DNA of 64,000 nucleotides from a virus. Taxonomy: Duplodnaviria; Caudoviricetes. Position 1 is the stretch's first letter. The number at the start of each line of letters is the position of its first letter. Of the stretch, positions 51,261 to 62,041 are shown in pieces. The notes beneath the pieces are model-generated. The model was not told the origin of the DNA, did no database searches, and worked only from the letters and a program-made list of their open reading frames with translations. The stretch lies in the IMG/VR virus record IMGVR_UViG_3300035501_000922. The stretch is one strand, 5' to 3'. The position numbers and the translations under genes are program-made.

Positions 51261-52889
51261 TTACTCAGAAAAAATTGATCTTTCAAGATTTTCCAAATAC
51301 TCATCAACTGACTCTGTTGTGTATGATGACGAATCTTCATCAATAATTTCATTCATTGATTCGAGCAATTCATCAATATCATCATATTCATCATATGAAT
51401 TTGAATCTGACTCGCTTAAAACTTCTGACTCAAGATCAGCAAGAATGTCGTCTACAGATTCAGTAGTCGTTTCATCAAGAGAAGCTTCCATTTTATCGAG
51501 CGTCTTGTTCATTACACTGATGGCTGTAATAGTTCTGTTGCGAATCATATTAAATGTAGATGCTGATATATTATCTTCTTTAATATCTTTAATAATACCA
51601 GTTAAAAATTCTACAATTCGTTTAATTTCAAGAGCAAAACCTGCAATACCAAATGTTGCTGCTATAGGTATAAACCAAACAATAGAATCTCGTATGCCTA
51701 AAACAATATATGCTAACACTGCAGAACCAATAGAGGGTTCAACTAAATCAATTGTGTCTGAAGCTTTATCAAGGGCTTTACGTGCGTTGTTAATCTCTTT
51801 TTTAGCTTCATTTTTTTTTCCTTCATTTTTATATACTTTAGCTTTTTTTACTGATTCTTTAAATTCTTTTCTCGCTTCTTTAAACGCTGATTTAAACTCC
51901 TTATTTGCACCTTCAGTAAGCACATCTCCTTCAATGTCAGTAAACATTGCATCAAGTAATGCATCAGATTCAATCATTACATCTGCATCATCATAGTCTT
52001 CAGTTGACTCACCGAATACTTCTGTTGATAATGCAGTGTTATACACATCACTTAAATCATCAGGAGACTCCTTAACCTCAAGATTTTCTGATACAACTTG
52101 TCCTTTAATTTTTCCAAAAAGAGTTTTTGTACCATCTACAATTGTCGCAACTTTTTCCTTTGTAAGGGTGAGTTTTGATAACTTGATTTGTTGAATGTTT
52201 CTTAAAACTTCATCATCAACATGATCAGGAATCTCAACATCTTTAGCTTCTTTTTTTGCATCACTAATTGATTTACCATTATCAAGTTCAGATACATATT
52301 TTTTAAATAAAGCAATTGCCGCTCCAACCGTAAGTGTTACCGCTGCTGTTGCAGCAATAATCTTTGTTCTTTTCTTTTGTGTTTCTTCTGTGATATTATT
52401 AATATCTTCAGAATCAGATTCTGATGTATGACCGGCTTTGATCTTAGCTTGCTTAGCATCAAGCTTATCCATACCTTCCTGTATGCATTTGCAATCTTTT
52501 TCAATATCATACATTGTAATCTTAGAACTCTTTAATTTGGGATTTGTTTCACACATTTTCTCCATCTTATCAATGGTATCTTTTGTTTTTTTACTAGCAA
52601 AAGTACTCTTAACTTTAGTTACTACATTATCGAGGAATTCCATTAAAGCATTAATAGCCTTTTGAATAGTTTTCTTAATTCTCTGAATGAGACCCTCCGT
52701 GGCAGCTTCTACTAATACATCGTAATCGGACTGAGTACCTGATTCCTTAATAACCTTAAGTTCAGCTTCTTTACAATTTATACCAAATTCTCTATAACTG
52801 GATTCGGAAAAAATGAGACACTTCTGCATTATCATATCACAGTCAATACTATCTTGTATAAGAGAATTTATTGTTTCTGTAAAAGTCAT
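51261..52889 (-). CDS. Putative internal head protein
   Basis: ELKVIKESGT..D motif shared with next gene; many xTE/xES sites. Confidence 0.62.
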   Translation of the reverse strand: MTFTETINSLIQDSIDCDMIMQKCLIFSESSYREFGINCKEAELKVIKESGTQSDYDVLVEAATEGLIQRIKKTIQKAINALMEFLDNVVTKVKSTFASKKTKDTIDKMEKMCETNPKLKSSKITMYDIEKDCKCIQEGMDKLDAKQAKIKAGHTSESDSEDINNITEETQKKRTKIIAATAAVTLTVGAAIALFKKYVSELDNGKSISDAKKEAKDVEIPDHVDDEVLRNIQQIKLSKLTLTKEKVATIVDGTKTLFGKIKGQVVSENLEVKESPDDLSDVYNTALSTEVFGESTEDYDDADVMIESDALLDAMFTDIEGDVLTEGANKEFKSAFKEARKEFKESVKKAKVYKNEGKKNEAKKEINNARKALDKASDTIDLVEPSIGSAVLAYIVLGIRDSIVWFIPIAATFGIAGFALEIKRIVEFLTGIIKDIKEDNISASTFNMIRNRTITAISVMNKTLDKMEASLDETTTESVDDILADLESEVLSESDSNSYDEYDDIDELLESMNEIIDEDSSSYTTESVDEYLENLERSIFSE

Positions 52890-52920
52890 AATTATTCACT
52901 CCTTTATTTTTATGTGTATA

Positions 52921-54138
52921 TTACAGACTATTAAACATGTCTGCTAATACAGATAATTCATAATCTTCATCTTTATTATTATATGACTCAATGAATGCAG
53001 ACATATCTGTACCAAATATAATATCGCTACCCATTGATTCATTAACATTAAAGGTTGTTCCATAAGTTTTTTGATATTCTTTTTGTAGACTGTCTAACTG
53101 TTTCTTCAGATTTTTTTGTTTTTTACCTGAGGATGACTTTATTCGTTGTGCAATTGCTTTCATTTGAGCTTCCATTGCAGATTTCTCATTATCAGCATTG
53201 CCGTTATTATTATTATTGGTATTATTATCAGCATTGCCGTTATTATTATTATTGGTATTATTATCAGCATTGCCGTTATTATTATTATTGGTATTATTAT
53301 CAGCATTGCCGTTATTATTATCGTCTTGCTGTTTTTTACCCTTTATTTTTAATTTTTTCTTTGCATTATCGACTTTTTCACCAAGTACAGTGCCCATATT
53401 TGATACCCATTTGTTAATGGGATTTAAAAATTTATTCTTAAAATCTGTCATAAAACCATTGGATTCACCTTCATCACTATCCTTTTTCTGGTGATTTTCA
53501 GGTTTAAGCCAATTAAGAAATTTGTCACTTATTTCCTTGAATCTAGCCTGTGCTTCGTCTCTAACTCGTTTAACATTCTCTATCATTTTATTTGCATCTA
53601 AACGCTTTATCTTTTGTGTAGCCACAACAGCAGTAGCTCCCCCCACTGCTACAAAAGTGGGCCATTTAATACCATCAAAAAGTTGCTTTATACCATTGGC
53701 AAAATTTCCACTCGCAATACTACTAATTCCGCTTTTAACATTATCCCAACCATTAACTATGGCATTATGATTTTCAACTATATTTTTATCAATTTCAATT
53801 TCATCTTCAGGGTTTCCTTGTATATTAAAAAGCTTCTTAATACCTTCTCCAATGGAATTAAAAATTCTAAGAATAACACCGATGATTTTTTGAAAAATAT
53901 TTTGTTTTTGTTCAGCAGCCTGATTTTCAGCCTCTTCACATAAATATTGTAAATCGTCGTATGTTCCAGATTCTCTGAATACCTTAAGTTCAGCATCCTT
54001 TATGTTCTGTTCGAGACGCATATTAACCATTTCAAGCATTAAGTTTAATTTGCTGAATTGATTTTCAATTTCAGCTTCCTCTATAGCTTCTGTTCGTTCG
54101 TTACCTGTTAAGTATGAATTATAAATTGTAGTAGACAC
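52921..54138 (-). CDS. Putative internal head protein
   Basis: ELKVFRESGT..D motif, amphipathic helix. Confidence 0.62.
   Translation of the reverse strand: MSTTIYNSYLTGNERTEAIEEAEIENQFSKLNLMLEMVNMRLEQNIKDAELKVFRESGTYDDLQYLCEEAENQAAEQKQNIFQKIIGVILRIFNSIGEGIKKLFNIQGNPEDEIEIDKNIVENHNAIVNGWDNVKSGISSIASGNFANGIKQLFDGIKWPTFVAVGGATAVVATQKIKRLDANKMIENVKRVRDEAQARFKEISDKFLNWLKPENHQKKDSDEGESNGFMTDFKNKFLNPINKWVSNMGTVLGEKVDNAKKKLKIKGKKQQDDNNNGNADNNTNNNNNGNADNNTNNNNNGNADNNTNNNNNGNADNEKSAMEAQMKAIAQRIKSSSGKKQKNLKKQLDSLQKEYQKTYGTTFNVNESMGSDIIFGTDMSAFIESYNNKDEDYELSVLADMFNSL
53188..53321. repeat. 36-bp coding tandem repeat (NNNNNGNADNNT)
   Basis: ATTATCAGCATTGCCGTTATTATTATTATTGGTATT, about 3.7 copies. Confidence 0.9.
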
Positions 54139-54155
54139 TTTACAGTTCCTCCTTT

Positions 54156-54962
54156 TTACTTTTTTTGAAATTTAGACATTTTTGAAAAAAATTTAGTTCC
54201 ACTGTTTGCTGATTTTGATACCAATTTTTGCATTGTTCCAAGAATTTGAGATATCTGCCTTTCCGCATCGGCGGCTAAATTGGATAATGCAAGTTTTTTA
54301 GGACTATCCGCATATTTTTTTTCTCTTTCATGTAATTTTTTTTTATATCTTTCTTCTTTATTATCCTTAATGACTTTTTTTCTTAGCTCATTGCCAGTTG
54401 TTTCAACGATATTAAAATTATCTTCTATGCTTTTTTGTATCTCCTTACCAATAACAAGCGATGCACCTGCCTTGATTACAGCCCCACCATATTTATTTAC
54501 TATTTTAGCACACCTATCTACAAATGCAGCAATTAAGTGATCATCTATATGTGTGCCTTTGGATACTAGTTGTATCATTTTTCTTCCTTTGAGAAGTTCC
54601 TCATGTATTTCAGCATTAATTTTCCTTGTATCTTCGTCAAATCTAATAATTGCATTAGAACTTTGAAAATACTCTTCCGCTGTAATATTTTCACGAAAGC
54701 CGAAAGTATCTCTAACTGCTGTAATGAAATTTGTAACCACTCTTTTTGTGGCTTGTACAATTCTATTAATTAAATCGAGGAATTTATTTCCAGATGTTTT
54801 TTCTGCACCTTTAACTACCTCTTCGTCAGCTTCAGTAAAAATAGATAAAGATAATATTGCAGATTCATTACAAAAATCATGTACTGCTCTGTCTATATCT
54901 AAATCCGTTTCTGCATACATTATATATGCCTCTCTTTCAAATGGTGTAGCAAAACTCTGCAT
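54156..54962 (-). CDS. Putative internal head protein
   Basis: FTE|A plus amphipathic helix; late promoter 55003-55014. Confidence 0.6.
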   Translation of the reverse strand: MQSFATPFEREAYIMYAETDLDIDRAVHDFCNESAILSLSIFTEADEEVVKGAEKTSGNKFLDLINRIVQATKRVVTNFITAVRDTFGFRENITAEEYFQSSNAIIRFDEDTRKINAEIHEELLKGRKMIQLVSKGTHIDDHLIAAFVDRCAKIVNKYGGAVIKAGASLVIGKEIQKSIEDNFNIVETTGNELRKKVIKDNKEERYKKKLHEREKKYADSPKKLALSNLAADAERQISQILGTMQKLVSKSANSGTKFFSKMSKFQKK

Positions 54963-55068
54963 AAATTCTCAGCTCCTTTCATTATAGTATAAATGATTCA
55001 TTTATAGTTATGTTTTTCAAAAATATTGATACACACAGTAAGAAAAACTGTGTGTATCAAATTATTTT

Positions 55069-55752
55069 TCATGTTTTTTCATTTGGTATTACCTGTATGT
55101 TAGATACACAAATATATGAAATAACCATACATTTAATCATATCGTTCATCACAACTGCAGAACTATATGAAGATGTGCAGTTTTCAATTAATGAAATTAA
55201 TTTATTTAACGATAATAAAAATGTGTGATAGCATTCATCAATAATTTCTATTAATTCATCACCAGTTACTTCCATATTTGAAGCATCGTTAACTTTTGAA
55301 TAGTACTTATTTTCATATTTATCAAATATATTTTTAAAGTTAAATACACTATAACTACTATCATCTTTTTTAGCAGTATAGTTACTTTGACTTATTTTTT
55401 CATAATCCATGTTTTGATACTTATCATTAAAATAAGTGTATAAACTAACTGGTATACAATAAGTAAGACCATCGTTTTTGTGTATTTTTACTATGAGGTT
55501 ATCGTATTTCTGCACCAGTATATTCCTAATATCAAGTGCAATACGTAACATTTTATTCCTCATAATTTCATCAGATTCACAAATTAAAAATCCCATAATC
55601 TTATCATTAAAATGAAAATTTTGTTTAGGATTAGCATTATCATTGAGACTTACCAAAAGTGTATCAGTATATTTCTGAAGTTTAAATATAATATTTTTGA
55701 TACTATCAAAATAATTACCAGTTATTTCTTTAAGAAATTTATCATTACTCAT
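55069..55752 (-). CDS. Hypothetical protein
   Basis: 227-aa ORF in late operon. Confidence 0.7.
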   Translation of the reverse strand: MSNDKFLKEITGNYFDSIKNIIFKLQKYTDTLLVSLNDNANPKQNFHFNDKIMGFLICESDEIMRNKMLRIALDIRNILVQKYDNLIVKIHKNDGLTYCIPVSLYTYFNDKYQNMDYEKISQSNYTAKKDDSSYSVFNFKNIFDKYENKYYSKVNDASNMEVTGDELIEIIDECYHTFLLSLNKLISLIENCTSSYSSAVVMNDMIKCMVISYICVSNIQVIPNEKT

Positions 55753-55763
55753 AAATATACACC

Positions 55764-56480
55764 TTACAGTAACTGGAACTTAACAGGTGCACTTGTATTA
55801 CTTTCGTTTTTAACTGCATCGTCAATCATTCCATATATATTTATAATTGTACTAATCATCTTATATGTATAGTATACAATTGACCTATAAAGTAAATGAA
55901 TACTTTGATTTATCAATTCGCTACTATTAGGATTCTCCACACCATTAACAACATCAGTTGCTCTCTTAATCGTATCATCAATACGATGAATAAAATCAAT
56001 CAATACTTCGATATTAAGGAGTGCATCTGATAGACTTTTTTCTTCAGCCTTATTATGTTCTCCACCAAAAATAGAATCAATAAACTCTTTGTCACGAGTA
56101 TTCGCTCGCTCTAAAGAATCTCTAAACTTACCATGCTTATCAATATTATCACAGTTATAATTTGCATCAGCAATAACTTCTGTAACAAAATCAACCATTC
56201 CTCTATTATATTCATTATAAATATCAGAGGCTCTGATTGTATCAATACACGTTATTGTAGCATCAGGGTTTTCATTCTTTCCTACTATCGCATATATATA
56301 CTTGATGTTATTTGCAGCACCATTATGCGAAAAGAAATCAGGAATAAACTTTTTATAATTAGTTAACTCATCAGCAAGTAAAGCTAATGTTTCTTTAGGT
56401 GTTCTATCACTGTTAACGTGATCCCCCTCATGAGATTTATAAATCTCATCTAATCTACTTGTAAATACATCAATGTTCAT
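55764..56480 (-). CDS. Hypothetical protein (probable virion)
   Basis: Start MNIDVF after AAAGGAG RBS. Confidence 0.7.
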   Translation of the reverse strand: MNIDVFTSRLDEIYKSHEGDHVNSDRTPKETLALLADELTNYKKFIPDFFSHNGAANNIKYIYAIVGKNENPDATITCIDTIRASDIYNEYNRGMVDFVTEVIADANYNCDNIDKHGKFRDSLERANTRDKEFIDSIFGGEHNKAEEKSLSDALLNIEVLIDFIHRIDDTIKRATDVVNGVENPNSSELINQSIHLLYRSIVYYTYKMISTIINIYGMIDDAVKNESNTSAPVKFQLL

Positions 56481-56493
56481 CTTTCTTCTCCTT

Positions 56494-57510
56494 TCACACC
56501 AGCTCAAAAGGAGAATTTGATACATCATCCTGAAGACTATTGATGGAAAGCAATTTATTACTTTCATTGAGTTCCTTTTTAGAACTGTGTATTGATTTAG
56601 CATTTTTAACTTTTAAAAAGTCGGCAAGTTTAAGTAACCGATTCTTAATCTTAGTTTGCTTCTCTAAAACTTTCTTCTTTTTATCGGCAGTTAACGAATC
56701 GTTTGCATTAACACAAGCTGCATTCATTTCTAGGAATCCTGCTTGCATTTCTAATGACTTAGATAAGTCTCCCCTTAAATGATAAAAACGATAAATAAGT
56801 TCTCTTGTTATAGGTACAATAGCCATAGCTGCAATCGAAATTGCTGCCACGCCAACGACCATTTCTGCACCCATAAAATTATTTCTGCCTTTACTACATA
56901 AGCTTTCAAGCATCTTTCGATAATCTATACCCATTTTATCGTTGACGTTGTTAAACTTATTCAGTTGCTCAAAGTAGAATAAATCAGCTCTCATAACTGT
57001 ATTCTTTAAAGCAATTGTAAACGTAGCTTGGTCAGGTCTCTTAATGTACTCAATATACTCATATAACAGAGTGGTGGTTGCTTCAATACATGTATAAACG
57101 TATGTATTATATTCAAGCATTACATAATCATTGCGAGCCGTAAATCCTTTGCTGTATGTAGCTGAAAGATTCTCAATATTAGAAATTGCTTTCTGTATCG
57201 TATTAACATAACCAAGAACAGTTTTATTCTTCTGGTCAGTAGCCATATTAGCCATAACGGTTAATATTTCCTGCATGTTATTATATCCTTCATATGCTTT
57301 GATATTACCTGCAGATTTAGGAATACTGCCAAAGTCGATATGTTTTTTATCTATTACAGATTGAAATAATTTTTCTTGATATTTTTTAGTTACAGGTGAA
57401 TTAGCATCTTCAAGAACTGCTTGTATTTCATTGAATTCTTGACCATAATGCATCTTATCACGGTTTTGAACTAAAATATCAACTGATTCAAAAAGCGGAT
57501 TAAAACCCAT
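56494..57510 (-). CDS. Putative virion structural protein
   Basis: 338 aa, one hydrophobic segment, late operon. Confidence 0.6.
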   Translation of the reverse strand: MGFNPLFESVDILVQNRDKMHYGQEFNEIQAVLEDANSPVTKKYQEKLFQSVIDKKHIDFGSIPKSAGNIKAYEGYNNMQEILTVMANMATDQKNKTVLGYVNTIQKAISNIENLSATYSKGFTARNDYVMLEYNTYVYTCIEATTTLLYEYIEYIKRPDQATFTIALKNTVMRADLFYFEQLNKFNNVNDKMGIDYRKMLESLCSKGRNNFMGAEMVVGVAAISIAAMAIVPITRELIYRFYHLRGDLSKSLEMQAGFLEMNAACVNANDSLTADKKKKVLEKQTKIKNRLLKLADFLKVKNAKSIHSSKKELNESNKLLSINSLQDDVSNSPFELV

Positions 57511-57543
57511 TTCTTATTCCTCCTTTACAAAAAATTTTTATAT

Positions 57544-58833
57544 TTAATGACTAATCATACGACCGATTTCTCTTCCAAGCTTGTTAGATGTAAGAGAGTT
57601 CTCTCTTTCAAGCGTTTCAAGAGAATATGTCTGATAAGCACTGTCACCATCATAAAGAATACTTATTGTACCCGTTGCCTCATCAATAATAACAAATGCT
57701 ACTAAGAAAAGATTACTCATTACTCTCTTAGCAATTGATGCATCTCTCACATTGATAGCCATATTATTTTCTAAATAATCGGCTTCATATGACGAAATAG
57801 CAATTGTTGCATTCGGAATAACCGCATGAGGTGTGGTTAAATCATGAAGACCAACTTTCTTCTTTTTTAATCTTCTTAATGTTGGGAACCATCTATTTCC
57901 CTTAACGTTGGCATCGAGCTTAATTTCATCAATATTTAAAATGATATTTTTAAATAAGGAAATTTCTCCAGATGTCCATCTTAATAATTTAAAAGCAAGA
58001 CTCTTATTTTGTAAAGCTCTCTGAATATTATTAATCATATCATCAGATTTAACTGGATGCATTATTGCTTTAACACCAATAACAAAATCAATATACTGGA
58101 AGAACTCATTCTTTTCATTTTTAGCAATAAGACGTACTTGAATGCCGAATGGTGTCATATCATTTGACTTCTTAACTTCACGGTCTAAGAGCTTTGGCGA
58201 CTCTCTCTTCTGAGTTTGGTTCATCATATCTTTTCGTTTATCATTTTCAACCTGATTAATCTTGCTATCAAGAAGGGAATTTGCTAAGTCATATGCGGTT
58301 GTAGCATCTGTGTCAGCTTCTGTAAATGGACGCATATCATAATCCGACATGTATGTATTAAGGTACTCTCTGTGACTTTCAAGCATTTCTCTAGAGCCTC
58401 TGTTTGCACCACTGATAAGCATGCCATAGGTTTTATTACGATTCATATATAACAGTGATTCACCGTTATATGCTTCTTCCACGCACTTTTCAAATGTTTC
58501 TCCATCATCTTCTGAAATATTTACAGACTCCAACTTCATATTCTGATGAAGTCGCTTAAGATATGACATAGGTGTAGGGTCTAATGACATATCCATGATT
58601 GGATGCATTGAAATCCATGTTTGAGTAAAATCTGCATAAACTCTATCTAATGTACGCACGAGCGTATTAGCTAAGTCTATGGGAATTGTGTCTGATATTA
58701 AACATGGAAATTGAAATGTTGCATCATTAGCACCTTTAATAATGGATTTAGTATTCATTTTAATAGAGTTTAACTGTGAAGAAACCTGTGGTCCTTTACG
58801 CAATAAACTCGTGATATCTTCTATCCATCCCAT
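57544..58833 (-). CDS. Putative virion structural protein
   Basis: 429 aa; AACA-N6-TA at 58882-58893; internal FTE|A site. Confidence 0.6.
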   Translation of the reverse strand: MGWIEDITSLLRKGPQVSSQLNSIKMNTKSIIKGANDATFQFPCLISDTIPIDLANTLVRTLDRVYADFTQTWISMHPIMDMSLDPTPMSYLKRLHQNMKLESVNISEDDGETFEKCVEEAYNGESLLYMNRNKTYGMLISGANRGSREMLESHREYLNTYMSDYDMRPFTEADTDATTAYDLANSLLDSKINQVENDKRKDMMNQTQKRESPKLLDREVKKSNDMTPFGIQVRLIAKNEKNEFFQYIDFVIGVKAIMHPVKSDDMINNIQRALQNKSLAFKLLRWTSGEISLFKNIILNIDEIKLDANVKGNRWFPTLRRLKKKKVGLHDLTTPHAVIPNATIAISSYEADYLENNMAINVRDASIAKRVMSNLFLVAFVIIDEATGTISILYDGDSAYQTYSLETLERENSLTSNKLGREIGRMISH

Positions 58834-58953
58834 GTTCTAAACCTCCTTTATAAAATAAAATATTAATTAATGTCTGTTAATTAATAATATGTTTTTCATA
58901 GGTTTTTATAGTGTGAAGCACATAAAAATAATAAATTTTAGGGGGTAATTAAT

Positions 58954-59331
58954 ATGCCAACAGTAATAGTTGTTTTAGTATGTATTTTAGTTTTATCTTG
59001 TATTGCTTTATTTTGGGTAGTATTTTTCCAAGGTGCTAACGAAAGAGAAATTATAAAAACTGAGAGAATAACAGACTTAGTTTATGTTGCTAATGTAAGA
59101 CGTGAAAAAATTGCAAATAGTGACAAGTATATGCATTACACCAGAGTTGAATATAAAAATGCCATGTATACACTAAAAGGTATTGTTAATTATAATATTG
59201 CGTATAGACGCCAGTTAAGGAATGTGCATGCATTAATTGATAAAACCGTGTATAGTGATGGAATTGTTGAGTATCAAGTAGTTAAATTACTTCTTATTGA
59301 AGTTACGAAATCACAGGAGGTTAAAAAATGA
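58954..59331 (+). CDS. Membrane-anchored hypothetical protein
   Basis: N-terminal hydrophobic helix. Confidence 0.7.
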   Translation: MPTVIVVLVCILVLSCIALFWVVFFQGANEREIIKTERITDLVYVANVRREKIANSDKYMHYTRVEYKNAMYTLKGIVNYNIAYRRQLRNVHALIDKTVYSDGIVEYQVVKLLLIEVTKSQEVKK

Positions 59332-60185
59332 GCTATGCAGACAAATTATTTGTTAATATGTGTAATGATATATTAACAAATGGTACAACGACAGAAGGTC
59401 AAGCTATACGTCCACATTGGGAAGATGGAACACCTGCTTATACAATAAAGAAGTTTGGTGTTGTGAATCGTTATGATTTACGAAAAGAATTTCCTGCAAT
59501 TACATTAAGACGTACTGCTATTAAAAGTGCCGTTGATGAAATCCTTTGGATTTATCAGAGAAAATCTAATAACGTCCATGATTTAAGATCTCATATATGG
59601 GATGAATGGGCTGATGAAAATGGTTCAATTGGTAAAGCATATGGTTATCAAGTTGGCTTAAAAAACATATACAGAAAAATTGATAACGAATTTACATATG
59701 TTGACCAGATGGAATCTGTATTGTATGATTTACAAAATGCTCCATTTGGAAGAAGAATCATGACGAATCTTATGAATTTTAATGATTTACATGAAATGAA
59801 TCTTCAACCGTGTGCATGGTCATGTACATTCAATGTTACAAGTGAAGATGGTAACTTAGTTTTAAACATGATTCTCAATCAAAGGTCGCAAGATGTTCTT
59901 GCGGCTAACAACTGGAATGTTGTACAGTATGCAGCATTATTAATGATGGTAGCACAAGTTTCTAAGATGATTCCCGGAGAACTTGTACATGTTATTGCTG
60001 ATGCGCATATATACGACAGACATGTACCATTAATAAAAGAACTAATTGGTAGACCTCAGTATAAAGCACCAACTGTTTTAATTGATACTGGGGTACAAAA
60101 CTTTAATGACTTCACCCCGGAGTCATTTTTAGTTACTAATTATGAATATGGTGAGCAACTTGAAAATATTCCAATTGCAATTTGA
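59328..60185 (+). CDS. thyA: Thymidylate synthase
   Basis: EILW, IWDEWAD, GKAYG, LQPC, NQRSQD, NWNVVQY, DAHIYDRH. Confidence 0.96.
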   Translation: MSYADKLFVNMCNDILTNGTTTEGQAIRPHWEDGTPAYTIKKFGVVNRYDLRKEFPAITLRRTAIKSAVDEILWIYQRKSNNVHDLRSHIWDEWADENGSIGKAYGYQVGLKNIYRKIDNEFTYVDQMESVLYDLQNAPFGRRIMTNLMNFNDLHEMNLQPCAWSCTFNVTSEDGNLVLNMILNQRSQDVLAANNWNVVQYAALLMMVAQVSKMIPGELVHVIADAHIYDRHVPLIKELIGRPQYKAPTVLIDTGVQNFNDFTPESFLVTNYEYGEQLENIPIAI

Positions 60186-60200
60186 ATGGAGGAGTTTAAA

Positions 60201-60797
60201 ATGAAATTAATTGCTTGTGTAGATTTAGACTTTAATATAGGTTATCAGAATCAGTTACTGTTTCATATACCAGAAGATATGAAACGATTTCGTGATTATA
60301 CAAATGGAAATATAGTTGTTATGGGTGGTAAGACATTTGAAAGTATTGGTCATCCTTTAAAGAATAGAACCAATATAATCATTTCTCATGAACCATCCAA
60401 ATATCAATTAGATGTAATTAATGATGTAATGCCCATGACAATGGAAACTTTCATTAATGAATATTATTTTTCTCGCTCTTCATTTACAAAAGAAAAAATA
60501 TATGTAATTGGTGGTGCTGAGATTTATAATTCATTATTACCAATGTGTGATACTCTTATATTAACTAGGGTAAATACAGTTGCAGAAAACACAGATAGTT
60601 ATATTAAGAATCTGGTTTACGACTATGGTACTGATATATCTAGCTCTAATATGAAGTTAACATACCATGATTCTGATAAAACCATTGCGTATGAATTAAT
60701 AGAATCAGAACTAGGTAGATACTCTATTGATGCTAATGAATATTATGATTTTCTTACGTATAAACTAATGGATTATAACATAAAAGATGCAAATTAA
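60201..60797 (+). CDS. folA: Dihydrofolate reductase
   Basis: LIAC, IG..NQL, EDMKRF, VMGGKTFESIGHPLKNR, VIGGAEIY. Confidence 0.94.
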   Translation: MKLIACVDLDFNIGYQNQLLFHIPEDMKRFRDYTNGNIVVMGGKTFESIGHPLKNRTNIIISHEPSKYQLDVINDVMPMTMETFINEYYFSRSSFTKEKIYVIGGAEIYNSLLPMCDTLILTRVNTVAENTDSYIKNLVYDYGTDISSSNMKLTYHDSDKTIAYELIESELGRYSIDANEYYDFLTYKLMDYNIKDAN

Positions 60798-60802
60798 AAA
60801 AA

Positions 60803-60837
60803 AAATGAGTATATGGAAAATTCCATATACTCATTTT
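60803..60837. terminator. Bidirectional intrinsic terminator
   Basis: AAAATGAGTATATGGAA/TTCCATATACTCATTTT. Confidence 0.8.
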
Positions 60838-60841
60838 AAAT

Positions 60842-61774
60842 TTACTTAATAGCATTATAAAGTTTAGCAATAAACTTTTCACCAGCAATGCCATTTTCTT
60901 TATATCCCCATTTAGCAAGAAGAGCATTTACTGCTTTCTCTGTTGCACTACCAAATGTAGCAGTGTCATCAACAGTTACAGAAATCAGTTTCTTAGCCTT
61001 AGCTATAAGAAGTAACTTCTTAAGAGCTAATACACCATTATCTTTGCTACCTTTTTTAAATCCAGTAGTATCCAATGTTGTCTTAGCAGTCGCTGTAGTA
61101 GTTTTTGTTGTAGTGGTTGCTGTTGTGGTTTTTGTCGTTGTAGTAGTCGTAGTAGTTTTTGTATAACCATTTAATCCGGCATTCTTAATAATCGTAGGAT
61201 AATCTGTAGTTGTTTTATCAAGATCAACACTACCTGTACATCCACTAACTTTACCTGTAAATGAATACTGGTGAATACCATAATCAATGCTAGGTGTTTT
61301 AGTTGTATTAGCACACCAAACATTATATTTCTTACGAACAGTAGAAGATATCTTACTATTTAAGAATGATTCATAGCTATATAATGCAATATAGTAACCA
61401 GCAGACTCAACGGTTGACATAAATGTCGTAACAATTGAATCTATTGTGGTCTTATTGAGTGAATTCTGTGTTGAATCCTCAATATCAAATGCTAAAGGCA
61501 TATCAAACTTCTTGCCCTTGATTACACTAAGGAACGCCTGAGCTTCAAGCTTTGCTTCAGCAGAAGTCTTTGCATAACTATACCAATATGCACCAACATG
61601 CAAACCAGCAGCTACAGCATTTTTATAGTTTGTTTCAAACTTAGAATCTTTCTGGGATGTGGACTTACCATAACCAGCACGTATCATAACGAAAGATTTC
61701 TCTTTCTTAACACTGGTCATATTTACGGTACCATTATGTACTGAAACATCAATACCAAAATATGTTGTTGCCAT
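60842..61774 (-). CDS. GH25 lysozyme (endolysin) with Thr-rich linker and PG-binding domain
   Basis: GIDVS, IRAGYG, GAYWYSYA, FDIED, HQYS, VDLD. Confidence 0.93.
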   Translation of the reverse strand: MATTYFGIDVSVHNGTVNMTSVKKEKSFVMIRAGYGKSTSQKDSKFETNYKNAVAAGLHVGAYWYSYAKTSAEAKLEAQAFLSVIKGKKFDMPLAFDIEDSTQNSLNKTTIDSIVTTFMSTVESAGYYIALYSYESFLNSKISSTVRKKYNVWCANTTKTPSIDYGIHQYSFTGKVSGCTGSVDLDKTTTDYPTIIKNAGLNGYTKTTTTTTTTKTTTATTTTKTTTATAKTTLDTTGFKKGSKDNGVLALKKLLLIAKAKKLISVTVDDTATFGSATEKAVNALLAKWGYKENGIAGEKFIAKLYNAIK

Positions 61775-61777
61775 AAA

Positions 61778-61957
61778 TTAACCCTCCATTTCCTTGTAAT
61801 AACTTACAACCCTCTTAATTTCATCAGCATTAGATTTCTGAATCTCAGATGCTTCCGAAACAGGAATGGTATAAACGGTACTAACTTCTTCAGAAGTTGC
61901 ACCATGAGCGAATGATTTGATGATTTCTCTCAGTGTTTCATTACCAATAGAACTCAT
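61778..61957 (-). CDS. Small protein upstream of lysozyme
   Basis: AAAGGAG RBS; late promoter 61983-61994. Confidence 0.65.
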   Translation of the reverse strand: MSSIGNETLREIIKSFAHGATSEEVSTVYTIPVSEASEIQKSNADEIKRVVSYYKEMEG

Positions 61958-62041
61958 TGTATACACTCCTTTCATAGTTGATTATTTCTATGTTTTAATA
62001 TAAAAATATAGGATGTAACTTTTTAGTTACATCCTATATCG

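Noticed and set aside
51256-53494. Plus-strand ORFs (246 aa, poly-Leu/Ile/Tyr)
   Set aside because: Antisense shadows of acidic or Asn-repeat genes with no RBS or promoter
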